Positions 13,325-27,864 of a DNA stretch of 64,000 nt are shown piece after piece; the stretch's first letter is position 1, and each line of letters opens with the position of its first letter. This DNA comes from the human T2T-CHM13v2.0 reference genome, Homo sapiens. The stretch lies in the NCBI RefSeq assembly GCF_009914755.1, contig NC_060934.1; one strand, 5' to 3'. The notes below the pieces were generated by a model that did not search any database, was not told the origin of the DNA, and saw only the letters and a list, made by a program, of their open reading frames with translations. A program made the position numbers and the translations under genes.

Positions 13325-13655
13325 GACATTTGTAAAGGGCTGGGGAGATATTGACAGATTGCAGCAAATTTCAGAAAGAGTCTCAGAAATGATCAGTGAT
13401 CTGGAAGGATAGATTCAGGAGGCGAAAATGTAAAGTAGCAGCAGCAACAATAGCAGCAATAAACAGAAACAAGCTAGACCTCAACTATTTATTTCTTGGC
13501 CAGCCCAGGGACTAAATGTGCTCTTTTCTGAGGCAAAATGCCAGCATATTTGAATCACAATTTAGAGGCCTAAATGGTAAAATAAATTGATAATAAAAGG
13601 ATATTTAGGTTGAACATTAAAAAAAGCTTACCTTAAAAAGTTGAGGGGATAGACC
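13325..13655 (+). mobile_element. CR1/L3 fragment
   Basis: gagatattgacagattgcagcaaatttcagaaagagtctcagaaatgatcagtgatctggaa resembles the CR1 ORF2 3' part. Confidence 0.5.
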
Positions 13656-13671
13656 AATCTTCCTATAAACT

Positions 13672-13673
<2 letters not shown>

Positions 13674-13705
<32 letters not shown>

Positions 13706-13982
13706 GAGATAGGGTCTTGCTCTGTGTCCCAGGAAAGCAGTGGCATGGTCATGGCTCACTGAAGCCTCTAACTCCTGGGCTCAAGGGATATCCTCCTGCT
13801 TCAGCCTCCTGAGTAGCTGGGACAAGTAAGCACCACCACACCCAGTTAATTTTTTATTTTTTGCAGAGATAGGGTGTCGCAGTGTTGCTCAGGCGGGTCA
13901 TAAACTCCTGGGCTCAAGCGATCTTCCCACCTTAGCTTCCCAAAGTGCTGGGAAATACAGGTGTGAGTCATTGCACCCCACC
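13674..13982 (-). mobile_element. AluJ
   Basis: Antisense Alu with a long T tract and J motifs. Confidence 0.92.
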
Positions 13983-14920
13983 TTATTAACTTGTCTTAAA
14001 ATGCAGAATGGGGCCTTTTTCACATCATAACAAATTATTGTTAACTAAGTTCCACTGCTTCAGAATGGGTAGGAATTCTGGCATCAACAGAACTGAACTG
14101 AACTGGACAAAATAGTGAAGGTCATAGTTAGCCTTTTGTTCCCCCCTCCGCACCCCACTTGAAGGTCTTCTTGCCCTCCCAGCTTCCCCATCTCTCCTTT
14201 ATGGTCTTCACGCTGTCCCTTTGTGGCCCCAGGCTGGGACTATCTCTTGGCTATTACCCAGCACTCTACTTTCAAAACATGGCTCTCTTATGTCCCATTT
14301 CCTCTAACTTACTTTCATAATGAATAGCAACTTAATCCCCTAACACTTTACTCATACATCAATTATCCAGGAATATCTTCATTTTAAACAAGAATCCCCC
14401 TACTTCTCCTACATCTCCACATCCTCAGCAAAGGAACCAAAGTCGTAATCCAGAAGAAGAGTTTGAAAATGGGGACGATCTTGATTTCTTTCCCATTGAT
14501 TTCCTTGAAGGCAAATCCCAGCGTCTGAGGTTCTGTTTACTCAATTAGTATCACAAACAATATAGGCCACTGGATATTTATAATTTCCTGAGATACCAAA
14601 CTTTCAACTTACTCTTAAAACCATAGGAGCCTCTCTTTGTTAACAAGTCATTTATTTGCTAAACAGAGCTCATTTTAATGAATTTTTTTAACATAATTTT
14701 CCTCCAGGAACTAGAATAAGCTCATTCCAATCATTTCATACATTTGAAGGGAGTAATACTGCATTTAGAAAAAATGCGTAATTCAGTATTTTTATTAGTT
14801 CAGATATTACTCCCAGACCACAATCTGTTTGAGTTATGATTAGCTCTACATAGAATAAATAAGACTATGGAAACAAATGTTGCATTGGGACAAAACACAG
14901 GTTTGTGAAAAAGATATATC

Positions 14921-15775
14921 TGTAGTATTCTTTCAGAGCTTTTGGTTTTAAGTAAGAGAAACCAACTCCCTTTGACTTAAACCAGAGTGAAATTGAATGG
15001 ATGATACTGATGAGCAAAGATGCAGGAACTGAACAAGCAGAAAACAACAGAAGCTGGATAGCTGAAATCACAGTCAAGGCCAGGCCCAGCACATGCTAAG
15101 CAGGCCGCAGCTGGCTGCTGCTGACCTCAGCACTGCTTCCCCTGAGGCCAGGCAGTGTGGGCTTTGCAGCTGCCAGAGTTGATGTCTCCTGCTCCACTCT
15201 GATCACCAGCTTCAGTTTTAAAACCAAACTGGCTGAGCCCAGGCCACAATGCCTACTTTATGACTGGGAGGTGGAAAAAGGGGGTAATCTACTTCTTCTA
15301 GCTTCACTAGTGGGAGCAGGTCTCATCTCCCACAAAGACTGCTATGGTTTGGCTGTGTCCCCACCCAAATCGCATCTTGAATTGTAACTCCCACAATTCC
15401 CGTGAGTCATGGGAGGAACCTGGTGGGAGGTGACTGAATTATGGGAGTGGGTCTTTCCTGTACTGTTCATGTGATAGTGAATAAGTCTCATGAGATCTGA
15501 TGGTTTTTTAAAAAGAGAAGTTCCCCTGCACAAGCTCTCTCTCTTTGCCTGCTGCCATCCATGTAAGATGTGACTTGCTCCTCCTTGCCTTCTGCCAAGA
15601 TTGTGAGGCTACCTCAGCCACGTGGAACTGTAAGTTGATTAAACCTCTCTTTCTTTTGTAAATTGTCTTTATCAGCTTCATGAAAATAGACTAATACAAA
15701 GACCTAATTAGGGAATTCCTCAAATACACAAAGGAGTCTACTAAATGCTGGATATCTAAACAACTTCCACTACTT
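14921..15775 (-). mobile_element. MLT1N/M-like LTR, interrupted by THE1
   Basis: ttttggttttaagtaagagaaaccaactc at the start; gggaattcctcaaata...gctggatatctaaacaacttccactac after the THE1. Confidence 0.55.
15340..15698 (+). mobile_element. THE1B-like MaLR solo LTR
   Basis: tgctatggtttggc...actaataca termini; perfect 5-bp TSD AAGAC. Confidence 0.93.
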
Positions 15776-16299
15776 ATACCCAGAAACTTAAATCTAACTC
15801 AAGCCAGAAAACACCTTTGAAGGTGAAATTTCCAAACAAGAGCAGACTAAATTGGGCTTGTTTTATTAACCCAGGTCTCAGCTTCCTTTGTTACTTGGAG
15901 ATGAACCTGACTACCTCTACCACGTGCTTCTGGGGCTTTCTGGTTGTTTTTCCAAGGGAGGCAATTCCATAATATACAGGGCACATGTGAAATAAGATAC
16001 ACTGTCTGGGAGACAGCAAGCAGGTTGTCCTAAAGGGTAAGATCTAATTCTTGCATTTAAAATTTTTCCTCTGGAAAATTGTGTCAAATCTCAAAAATAA
16101 TGCTATATAGGGTAAAATAATGATTTGGAGTTAACTGTACACACAGCCCAATTCCTTTGTGATAATAGGGTTTTTTTTCCTATTATATCAACAGAACAGC
16201 ACTTTGGAACATATGCACTTGAATACGTGATTTTACCAAATCAAGGAAATTCAGTAAGAATCTTTATGATGCAATTTTACTCTTCAGACTAAAAGTACA

Positions 16300-16480
16300 T
16301 AAATACATATCACACACACATTTGATACATAATATAATTATTCTATACCATAATATGTCACATATTAGCATATAATATATGAAATGTAATTATCTGTGAT
16401 ATATAATGAAAATTATATATTAAATATGTATAATTATACATAACATAGTATGTTTATAGCATAGTGTAGCATATAAATTG
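16300..16480. repeat. AT-rich low-complexity tract
   Basis: Degenerate (TA)n/ATAAT sequence. Confidence 0.7.
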
Positions 16481-17607
16481 TCTTATATCTCTTTTTGCTT
16501 ATTTTCTCCCTTTATCTCATATTAATTATTTGCCCATTTTGAAACTCATGAAGTAACAGTTTAATAAATTAGGTATTATCATTTGCTAAACAGGTGATTA
16601 GGGAGAGAGGTAAAGTGATATTTTAAGTAATTTCTTTGGAGTATCTTCTTGCTACTGTGTTCTCTGTTTCTGTCAGTGTAACGGGGAAATTGAAAGTTGG
16701 CTAGATATCATTTTAAGCTACTATTCATTTTCATTTCCCCATTTTATTTTTGTGAGACTATTTCACTTGTCAGTTCAAGACGTTAGACACATTTGATTAA
16801 ATTATCAGTGAGTGATCATTGTGACAGTAAGACGCAGAAGAGGAGAGGTGAAAAACGTTTGCAAAAGAAAAGCAGAGATATAGAAGAATGGGTAGGAAAT
16901 GAATGGGGTGATGAAACAGAGAAGTCTCAATAAAGCCCCTGATAAACAAAGCCAGGTGTCCCAGCAGAAAACCTTGCTTCCCCCATCCAGCTGTGCTCCA
17001 CAGGCAGCCCCTCTTTCATCTGGGCAGATCCTTTTCATAGTTAAAATAGCTACTATCAACTTAGGAATAAATGTGCCCACAGTACAGCTTCTTTATAAGA
17101 ATGGCATCATTCCCTCTTCTGTTAATGGAGATGGTCTCTATCTACATGGATGTATAGAGAAAGGATTTTTAAGACCCACTTTACCCCAGATCTGTTTTAC
17201 AGCAAAGCTCTTCATGATAAGTTCCAGCCAACATCACATTTCACAGAGCTTGAGAAAGCCAGCGCAGTGGGGAATCCAATCTCCCAGGGTGTGGTAGCAT
17301 CTTCTTATATATTTGGAGTCCCTTCATACATAAATCAGAGGAGAAGACAGTCATGTAATGCTCACAATTATGGCCTGTGAAGTATGCAAGACCTGGGTCT
17401 CAGAAAGCCACAGCTCCACAAGGCATTAGATTTATGCCCATAGCAAATTACCAAAACTCTCAGAAGCCCTTTTGTGCTGGTCCACAGTGGAGGAGAAGTC
17501 ATGGAATTTTTTCAAGAAGGATGTTGGAAAGATTGCATGAGGAAAAGTTCTCAGGATGCTGTCAGGCATACAGTAATTATTATAATCAGAATATGGTTGT
17601 TAATTCT

Positions 17608-18216
17608 TGTTGATGAAAATAGCCAAACTTTGTAAAATATTTAAAGAGATTTATTCTGAGCTAAATGTAAGGACCATGATCTGTGACACAACCTCAAGAG
17701 GTCCTGAGAACATGTGCCCAAGGTGGTTGGGTTACAGCCTGGTTTTATATGTTTTAGGGAGACATAAGATATCAATCAGTACATGTGAGGTACATATTGG
17801 TTTGGTCTGGAAAGGCAAGACAATGTGGAGCTGTGGGGGAGGTGGTGAGGAAAAGGGCTTCCAGGTCATAGGTAGATTTAAAGATTTTCTGATTAGCAAT
17901 TGGTTTAAAGAGTTAAGTTATTATCTAAAGACTGGGAATCAATAGAAAAGAGTGTCTGGGTTAAGATAACGGGCTGTAGAAACCAAGGTTTTTATTATGT
18001 AGATGAAGTCTCGTAGGTTGCAGCCCTTAGATACAATAGATGGCAAATGCTTGCTATTCAGATCTTTAAAAGGGGGAGAATATAATGAGCCATGTCCAAC
18101 GGCCCCCCACTTCCGATCATGGTCTAAATTAGTTTTTCAGGTTTCTTTGGAATCATTTTTGCCAAAAGGGAGATCCATTTGGTTGGTTGGGGGGCTTAGA
18201 ATTTTTTTGGTTTGCA
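17608..18216 (-). mobile_element. MER4A/MER4A1-like ERV1 solo LTR
   Basis: tgttgatgaaaatagccaaact...ggggcttagaatttttttggtttgca; perfect 4-bp TSD TTCT. Confidence 0.85.
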
Positions 18217-18242
18217 TTCTTATATGTTTTAAAGGTTTTTGT

Positions 18243-18566
<324 letters not shown>

Positions 18567-18587
18567 TGCTTTAAAGTTTTATAAAAA

Positions 18588-18770
18588 CTTTCACATTTAT
18601 TTTCTCATTTGAGCCTCAGTACCACCTATGTTGTAGACATTTTTAGATTATATTATAATTATATTAAAACTCTTTGACTCCATAGATGTTGAGATAATTG
18701 GTAAAGCTCCCTTAGCTTGCAATCAATCAGTGGTGCTGGAGTCTTAACCCAGGTCTTTACAGGTTAGGTC
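18588..18770 (-). mobile_element. MIR fragment
   Basis: tttcacatttattttctcatttgagcctcagtaccacctatg. Confidence 0.5.
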
Positions 18771-19044
18771 ATTTGCCTGGTTCACTGTTGTGAACCAAGT
18801 TTTAATTTGTTGTCTCTCGCTCCATCCAAACACTCCTTTCATCTAATTCATCATGTAAATATAAATGGACTCAGATAGCTCCTATATTCTGTGGCATAGT
18901 AGATTAATTTAACTATTTTTTCAGATCTCAATAATGATTTCATATTTCATGTGAGTTTACACTGGAACTTTTGAATTAAAACAACTTTAGATTTTGTGGT
19001 TTAATAATGGAGAGTCTGAAGACATGTTCCATTTCTTTAAAAAA

Positions 19045-19284
19045 AATATTACATTGTGTACAATTGAAGTACAAAAAGCTGCCCATGTATAAAGTATAAA
19101 ATTTGATAAATTTTGTCCTTATATATATATACACTCATGAAGGCATCAGCGCAACCAAGATAAAGAACATTTTCATCTTCCCCAAGTTTCCTGATGCCCC
19201 TGTGTTCTCTCTCTTTCCCCTCACCTCTCCCTCGAGGGAACCACTGATCTATTAGGTTGGTGCAAAAGTAATTGCGGTTTTTGC

Positions 19285-19319
<35 letters not shown>

Positions 19320-20135
19320 AAAAAATGTAATTACTTTTGCACCAACCTAATACTTTTTATCATTGTAGGTAAATTTGCATTTTCTAAAATTTCATATAAA
19401 CGAATCATACAAGATGTACTCTTTATTTTGTCTGATTTTTTTCATTGATATAATTATTTTGAGATTGATTCATATGGTTATGTGTATCCATAGTCCATTT
19501 CCTTTTTCTCATTGGATAGCATGCCACTGTATGAATATTCTGCAATTGTTTATCCATTGACCTATTGCTGAACATTGGATTATTTCTAGTTTTGGCTATT
19601 ACAAATAAAGCTACTATGAACATTGGTCAATCAATTCTTTGTGTGGTTATACAATTACATTTCTCCACTCAAGATTCTAACCATTAGACCTTATCATTCG
19701 GTGGGTGTATCTTTAACTGTGTAAGAAACTGTTGAACTGTTTTCCAAAGTGGTTTCACCATTGTACATTCCCATTAGCAGTATGTGACAATTTCAGTTTC
19801 TCCACATTTTTGTTATTACTTCATAGATCAGTCTTTTTAATTTTGGCCATTCCAGTGGGTGGGAGTGGTGTGGTATCTCATTGTGGTTTTAATTTGCATT
19901 TCCCCGATGACTAAAGACTATGTATTCATGTACCTAAAATGCCATCTGTATAACCCCTTTGGTAAAGTATCTGTTCAAATCTTTTGCTTATTTAAAAAAA
20001 TTCAGTCTTTGGTCTCATTATTGAATAATGAGAATTGTTTCTATTTTCTAGGTATGTCTTTTATTTGATACTTTTTGCAAATATTTTCTCCCAGTCTATG
20101 GCTTGCCTTTTTATTTTTGTGACAGTAATGCATAG
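19045..20135 (-). mobile_element. Old L1M (MC/ME) 3' region with a MADE1 insertion
   Basis: ORF 19423-19623 begins MFIVALFVIAKT; tggtatctcattgtggttttaatttgcatttccc is antisense ORF2. Confidence 0.85.
19252..19350. mobile_element. MADE1 (Hsmar1 MITE) with its centre replaced by A30
   Basis: TIRs ttaggttggtgcaaaagtaatt...aattacttttgcaccaacctaa; TA TSD on both sides. Confidence 0.93.
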
Positions 20136-20184
20136 AAATTTCCACCCTGAGGTTTTTCACTCTTGGGGCACTTCCTGTTTTGCC

Positions 20185-20458
20185 TTTTTTTTTTAAGCGA
20201 TAGGGTCTTGCTCTGACCCCAAGCTGGAGTGTGGTGCTGCAGTCACAGCTCACTGCAGCCTTGAACTCTGGGCTCAAGTGATCCTCTGGCCTCAGCCTCC
20301 CGAGTATCCAAGACTACAGGTGTGCACCAACATGCCCTGCTAATTTTAATTTTTTTTTGTAGAGATGGTGTCTTGCTATGTTGCCCAGGCTGGTCTCAAA
20401 CTCCTGGCCCCAGCATCCCAAAGTGCTGGGATTACAGGCATGAGCAACTGTGCCTGGT
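20185..20458 (-). mobile_element. AluJ with a left-arm deletion
   Basis: Antisense Alu; imperfect TSD ending tttgcctt. Confidence 0.9.
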
Positions 20459-21220
20459 CTCCCCTCTTTGCCTTGAATCTCATTGCCAACTGCTTGCCTA
20501 GAGCATCACACATTGCTGAGCTCTTTGTCCATCTCCTCTGCTTCTGAGACTGGATCTTCTTGCAGTCCTAGCACAGAGGTCTTCTACTTCTAGATGGCCA
20601 AACCCCTGACACCCTGTGAGAATCTGTAAGAACAGAAACGATGCCTGGTTGAATGCTGGAATGAGTGATGCATTCTTGGAGTTTCACTTCACAGAATCAC
20701 AGCCTTTGGTGGAATCATTGCATTCTTTAGAACTGTTAGTACAGTCTAACAAAATACAGCCATCTGGGCACAAAACAAAACACTGGCTAGTTTATGATGC
20801 TGATGAAAAATCCAGTCATTCATACTTATTTGTCAAACAGCCACTATGTGTAAGTTTCTTTTCTGTGATTCCAATGGTCAAGAAAGAGAATCTAAACAAG
20901 CTGACTATGGCTTTCATAAGACCACCACTGCATGCTAATTCCATGACAGAAACAGGGTCTGGGTTAGTGTGGTTAGAAAGGATCCAAGTGATGCCCTGAG
21001 ATATGGAAGCCCTGCCACTTAGTTCAGAAAGTTTTCTATGATGGTTGGCATCACAGTTCAGTAGCTCACACTATTTCCCACTAATTTGGGGCTTTTGCAC
21101 CTCCATTAATACTACCGATGAATTTCTTTCTATGACTTATGAGCTTTTCAGCACTCTATTTTCCTTCTGAGTTCACACAATTATTAAAGGGAAATTGTTT
21201 ATAATGGTTAAAGAATATCG

Positions 21221-21530
21221 AGTTAGGAGTGGTGGATTGCACCTGGAATCCCACTGCTTTGAGAGGCTGAGCTGGGAGGATCACTTCATCCCAGGTGTTC
21301 AAGACCAGGCTGGGCAGCATAGCAAGACTCCCATCTCTACAAAAAATTTAAAAATCAGCCGAGCATAGTAGTATGCACTTATAGTCCCAGCTACTTGGAA
21401 GGCTGAGGCCGGAGCTCAGAAGTTTGAGGCTGCAGTGAGCTAGGAATATGCCACTGCACTCTAGCCTGGGCCACAGAGCCAGACTCTATCTCTAAATGAA
21501 TATAAATACATACATACATACATACATAAA
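21221..21530 (+). mobile_element. AluJ with a (TACA)n tail
   Basis: Diverged Alu consensus; tail tacatacataca. Confidence 0.9.
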
Positions 21531-23073
21531 TACCCAATGATTATTTTGTGTCAAGTTTTCAGACTCTGAAATCTCAAATGGTTAGAATATATCTGGTTCC
21601 GGGTAAGTGCAATTGCAAAATCAGTTAGCACTTAGGCCCACTCCTTCCCCATTTTCAGGAATTTCTTAGAATTCATGTCATAGACTAGTCCTTCCCTCTC
21701 TGCTTTTCTGAATATTTAATTCTGACTGCAGCAAAGTTGCCTCCTCAGGATAGATTCCCAGCTCATTTTCTCAGCATAAGGAAATTCCAACAGAATAACT
21801 GAGAAGATTGACTCCCTCTTTGTTGCTCCTACAGCCCATCCTGGCAGTCACTACTACTGGAAGGCACTTAGCTAGTCCAGACCAGGACAAGTTCCTCATT
21901 GTTCCCAAGATGGCCTCTCACAGGAGACAGTCATTTATGGCCTTTCCTTGAGTCTGGGGCTGACATGCTCATGCTTGTCTATCTTTATGTGGAGAGTTCA
22001 ATAGCCAATTGTTCCTTGCCAACCAGCTACTGCTCACTAAAGAATCATGGAACAAACACATTTCTATTTTTAATTTCTTATTTAGAAAAAAATAACATAG
22101 GGCACCATTATAATCAAATGTAAGTTTCTTTTCTTTCTTTCTTTCTTTTTTTAACAGCAACTTTGTTCTTTTTGCTTTCAACCCTCTTTCCTAGGTATCT
22201 AACTACATGGTTGAGTCAAGGTGAACTCTGTATTATTTCATCCTATAGAAACAAGCTGGTTTTCATCACAACTTAGCTGTACATTTTACAGTAAACCTCG
22301 GGTTCTAAAACAGGTCTTTCTAAGAAATGAGTAATGGAACAGAGAGAGAAGCTTAAAGGAAAAGCCAGTGTTTGGCTTCCTGAAGGGAGAAAGATTTAAC
22401 ATGACAGGGTGTGAATCCGAGGGAACGCTGGCTAGTAATAAAACTAGGGGCCTGCAGGAAGGAATCTTGGAAGATTTTGAAGGTAAGTTCCAATTAGAGG
22501 ATAAAAGAAAAGGAAACCTATCGCTAAAACAAGGTTGTGTGATGATATTTGCAGCTGGGAACATGATTAGAATGCAGAGGTGATAATAAAACACAAGTGG
22601 GGAAGGGAAACTTTGAAGAACTAAATGAATAAAGAGGCAAGGTAAAATATTTTAAATTATGTTTAATGAGTTTAAGCTAGAACAAGGCAAGAAGCAGAAC
22701 TGAAATACACTGAGAAAAAAATAAAAAGAACTTAAATAACACTCTTTGCTGTAACGAGGTGGGGGATGAAAAGAGATGAGAGAGTCTTACCCAACAAAGG
22801 GCTGCACTTAGGGGAAATCAAGGCACTAGCATCCTATAGGTGGGAGGTAGAAGTGGGTAGGGTGCTCCCCCTCATTCCTGGGCTCCCCTCCATTTTCTGT
22901 TAGCTGCTTTTCTCAGTTGCTTATACACATATAAATGCCTCGGGTTGATTTTAGCCCTAGTGTACCTGCATCCTGACTCATGTCATTGTGCGCTGAGGTG
23001 TGGCCAGCAGACTAGAGTGCAGGTTAACAACATGGCACCCCGTTGATGGATCACCTACTCTTTCAGTACTTAA

Positions 23074-23314
<241 letters not shown>

Positions 23315-24522
23315 GCCACTTCATTTTGAAGGTTAATGTGTTTTGTTTTGTCAGCGGGATGATAAGCACTATGACAAGGACTCTAGTTGATTCTTTTTTG
23401 CTTTTCTCATGGTACCCAACATAGTGCTATAAAAATAGAAGGTAGACAAGAAATACACACAGGATGGAGAACTCTGTCCCATAGCTGTGGGGGTTTCTGA
23501 AAGGCCTTCAGGAAAAAGAGCTTCCAGATGTGGGGGCCATCTTCAGAAATCCTGCAGTCCTCAGGCAAATCTGGATGGTCTTACACGTCCAGGGACTGAA
23601 GAGAAGTCAACACGCTTCTATGATTGCTTGCAGTAGTTGCACTTAATCAGCTCTTGAGCTGTTGCTATTCTTCTAAGCAATACAGGGACCGAGGGGCTAC
23701 CTTGTTTGCTTCTCCCCAGTCATGTACAGTCAGTCGTGCCTCCATATGGATGGATTTACATTGCAGAGGAACTGACAGGGAAGAGTGAGAGTCACAGCTT
23801 GATGGAGGTGTTCTGGGGCCATTTATGTAACTCACTTCTCTGTGCCTGGACTCCTAGAAGATGACTTCTAACAGAGTCAGTGTTTTGGATTCAACAGAGA
23901 TTTTTCACTTTAGCAATTTAGAAAAATAAGTGTTTGGCTCTTCTCAGAGCCAAACATTTATCTGATTAAAGAACATAGAAACATGTGGTTGATTACATAT
24001 GTTATGTTCAGATATGTGTTCTTTTACATCTAATATTTCAATATTTCTCCATTGTGACCAGGGCCAGCTCCTCTTAGTGATCAATGATTCAGTCCAGGTC
24101 TAGGGCTTCATCTTGACCATGAATATTTCGTTCTTGGATATTTTGCTTTCCTCATTCCTGAGCCTCACTGAGCGTTTCCTGTTGTTTTAAGATGAGCTCT
24201 TCTCAAACGCTTTATCAGCTCAATGCCTCTCCCAGGTGGTACTGGGCATGCTGTCATTGCTGCATAAGCCACTCTTGTTTATGTGGATATTACTGTTTCT
24301 CTTTCTGTTACTCTGTTCACTGTCTGGAGTCTTACTCTTCCAGTCTTCTGAGTTCCGGAGTCCTCTAACCATAGTACATACTTGAGTGATTGCTGGAACA
24401 ATTTTAGGAGTTGTGACAGAGATAAAGTAGAATGGAGGTTTTTGCTAATTTGGGATGAACTCAGAGGATGGATAAGATACAAATAGGTGGAGAGAAAGAG
24501 AATACTAAGACATTGTTTTTAG

Positions 24523-24990
24523 TGTTGGTGGTGCAGTTTTTCTGCTCCTTAGCTCAGTTAGGTTGGGGTTCTTGTCTCACGACCAGGAAGAATTGGGCAC
24601 GTGGACACTGGAGAATGAGTGGAATAGAATTATTAAGTGAAAGGAAAGCTCTCAGCAAAGAGAGGGTCCTGAAAGAAGGTTCTTGGTAGCCCGTTCACAG
24701 TTGACTACAAGGGCTTTTACATATCTGGTGATGGGGCTGGGTTCCCTATGTGTATAAGGCATGAATTCCTGGAGGCGCCACCCTGTCCTTTCAGTGCACA
24801 TGTGGGACCTTAGTCTGAGCCACTTCATACTGATTTATTTCCCTTACTGTGCATGTGTTAAGGGATGAAATTTTTCACCACGGGCATGTTTAGGCAAGCT
24901 CCCTGTGCACAATGACCTTGGCAGGTTGGAGGTTCTCCAGGGACCTTCCCCTGTCTGCCTAGGAGAGTTCTCTGCCTCCTGCCTCTATCA
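24523..24990 (-). mobile_element. ERV1 MER4-group solo LTR (MER66-like)
   Basis: Minus strand begins tgatagaggcaggaggcagagaa; TG...CA ends; TSD ttag/ttgg. Confidence 0.75.
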
Positions 24991-25433
24991 TTGGCATGGA
25001 CCAGACAGACTGTGTAGAGAGAAGACTGGAAAAGCCTGCATTTGGGCCATGGGAAAGCTCAATGCCAGGCTACACAGGCTGTTCTCCCATTGCCAAGATG
25101 GCCCGATGAAGACATGAGCCCCCTGGCTGGTGTGATGAACGCTTTGTTTAGGGGGAAGATACAAGTGAAGTGGTGCAGAACTTACGTCTTTAAATCCACC
25201 ACCACACTGGAAAATGTCCACAAAATAGTCTATTGACAGGTGATTTTTCTGGCTCAGGTTCCAAGCTGACTTGAAAAATGCCATTATGAGTTTTCTGCTG
25301 TTTTCATTTAATGGCTGAAACATCAGGTCTTGAAAACTTCAACTGGTCACTTCCTCTAAGCTACTCAGAAAAATATTTCCCTTTTATTAGTGTCCGAACT
25401 GTGCATGCATGTATGTGTTACCTCAATGCCCAC

Positions 25434-25992
25434 TATGGTGGTCTGTTTTTAAGCTGGTCCTCTGTGATCCCTGTCTCCAGTATGTATGCCTTGGTATATG
25501 GTCCTCTTCACTTGAATGTGGACAAGCCTTAGTTACTATTGTCTACCAGCTAGAATATGGCAAAAATCATGGTATGCCATTTTCAAGATGAAGATATGAA
25601 AAGACTGCACCTTCCATTAGGGGTATCTTCTCTCACATTCTGTCTCTTGGAATCCTCATCTGAGGAAAGGCACATCCTATGTTGTAAACAGCCTTATGGG
25701 GTGGCCCACATGACAAGGACTTGATGTCTCTAGCCAAAAGACAGTGAAGACTTGAAGCTTGCCAATGGAACGTGAGTGAACCCAGAAGCAGATCCTTCCC
25801 GGTTTGAGCCTTCAGATGACAACAGCCCCAGCCAGCACCTGCACTGCAGCCTTGTGAGGTACCCTGAGCTGGAGGACCCAGCTAAGCTGTTCTTGGATTT
25901 CTGACCCACAGAAACTGTGAGATCATAAATGCTTGCTGCTTTAAGCTGTTAAATTTGGGCTAATTTATTATACACAATAAATAACAAGTACA
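25434..25992 (+). mobile_element. MLT1F-like MaLR solo LTR
   Basis: gagccttcagatgac...ctgacccacagaaactgtgagat...taacaagtaca; TSD cccac/tccac. Confidence 0.85.
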
Positions 25993-26049
25993 TCCACTTA
26001 TAGTGGGTTTGTGAAATAAAATTGAGGCATGTTCATGTGATAGGACATA

Positions 26050-26305
26050 GGTCAGTCATTAAAATGTGAAATAGAAGAATATTTAATAACATGACAAAAT
26101 ATTCACAATACACTGTTATTTAACAATATCAAATTGTTGTTAAACAACTGGTACTATATGGTACAAGATATATGTGAAAAATACTAAATTTATATTCACC
26201 AGCATGGGTTAAATATCGAAAATGGAATTTATGGCTGGAATATTTGTTATTTGACGTACTTTCTACATGTACTTTTAAAAGCATGTGCATGACTTTTAAA
26301 AGCAG
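26050..26305 (+). mobile_element. Old L1ME 3' fragment
   Basis: gaagaatatttaataacatgacaaaatattcacaatacactgtta resembles an L1ME3 3'UTR. Confidence 0.45.
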
Positions 26306-26552
26306 AGGAGAAAAAACAATGCACTCTTAGACTGCACACAGAGGGCAGACCTTAAGCATGGATCTAGTATAGCCACACTTGAAGATACCAGGACATTTTG
26401 AGGGGGATTTTTAACCTACTGAACACAAACTGATAGCTAGCACTGTTCAAGCTCAACTTCAACACTGCAGATGAGTAATTCATTTAAAATAAATATTCAT
26501 TATTTATTAGGATCCAGGAATGCCTTCTTCCATAGGCGTATTCAGCACATCA

Positions 26553-26873
<321 letters not shown>

Positions 26874-27088
26874 TTAGTTGCACTGGTTATCCATCCGAGG
26901 TTCAGGCACCCTCACTGAAAATGTCATAGAGAGCTTCTGTGGCTCACAAGGAGAGTTGTTAGATCACAGGTAGTCGGTCAGCCAGAACAAGACAAAGCCT
27001 GGGAAAATTCAGTGCTTAGGACTTGATTTTTAAATCGCTTTGCCAACTTAATAGAGGCTTAAAATTTTCCATACAATTCCCATACTAG

Positions 27089-27864
27089 TGATATGGACAG
27101 GAGGTGGGGAAATACTGGGTAGAAGAGGGTGGTTCCCCGGCAAAGTCCTCACCCTCAGGCCTGGAAACCGCGGCCCTAAATGAGAACGGTTATCCTTGTT
27201 TTTCAGCCCAAATGTTACTTTTTTGGTTCTCCTTGTCCCTTCCCCACCATCTTGTGCCCATATAAATCCCAGACCTCAGCTGTCAGATAGTCAAGCAGCT
27301 GAACATGGAGAGGAGAAGGAGCAACTGAGTGTTAGAGACTATGGATAGAGGTGGCTTAACTTCAGAAGGCATGACTCCAGCCGCGCTTCAGGAAAAGATC
27401 ACCTTCTTTCGGCACCATCATCTTTCCAGCTCCCCTCCGCTAAGAGCCACCTCCATCACTCAGTAAAACCTCTGCATTCACCATCCTTCAAGTCCGTGTG
27501 ACCTGATTCTTCCTGGATGCTGGACAAGAATCAGGGTACCAAGAGGGCAGGGTGTATGCCACCGTGATTCTCCACTGAGCTGGTTAACACTTAGCCATCC
27601 GTGGACGGCAAATACTAAAAGAGAATTGTTTGCAACACATGCCCTCTGGGGCTCCAGAGGTCGGGGGCAACCCCTAGAGGCTGCTGTGGACCAGTACAGG
27701 GTTCGTTCCTGCTGGCGCCTAAAGACACTCACCCTGGCTCTTTCACCCGCTCACCTGCATGCTCCTCCTCCCACAAGGGGTTTAAGCTCTGCTGAGCAAA
27801 ATGAGCCGCCCCCCACCCCACTGTCGCAGGTCCCACAAGGGGGTCAGGGAACTCTCCCATCTCA
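27089..27864 (+). mobile_element. MER50-like ERV1 solo LTR
   Basis: tgatatggacaggaggtggggaaatactgggtagaagaggg...ggaactctcccatctca; TSD ctag/ctgg; catataaa TATA-like box and agtaaa polyA-like signal. Confidence 0.85.
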
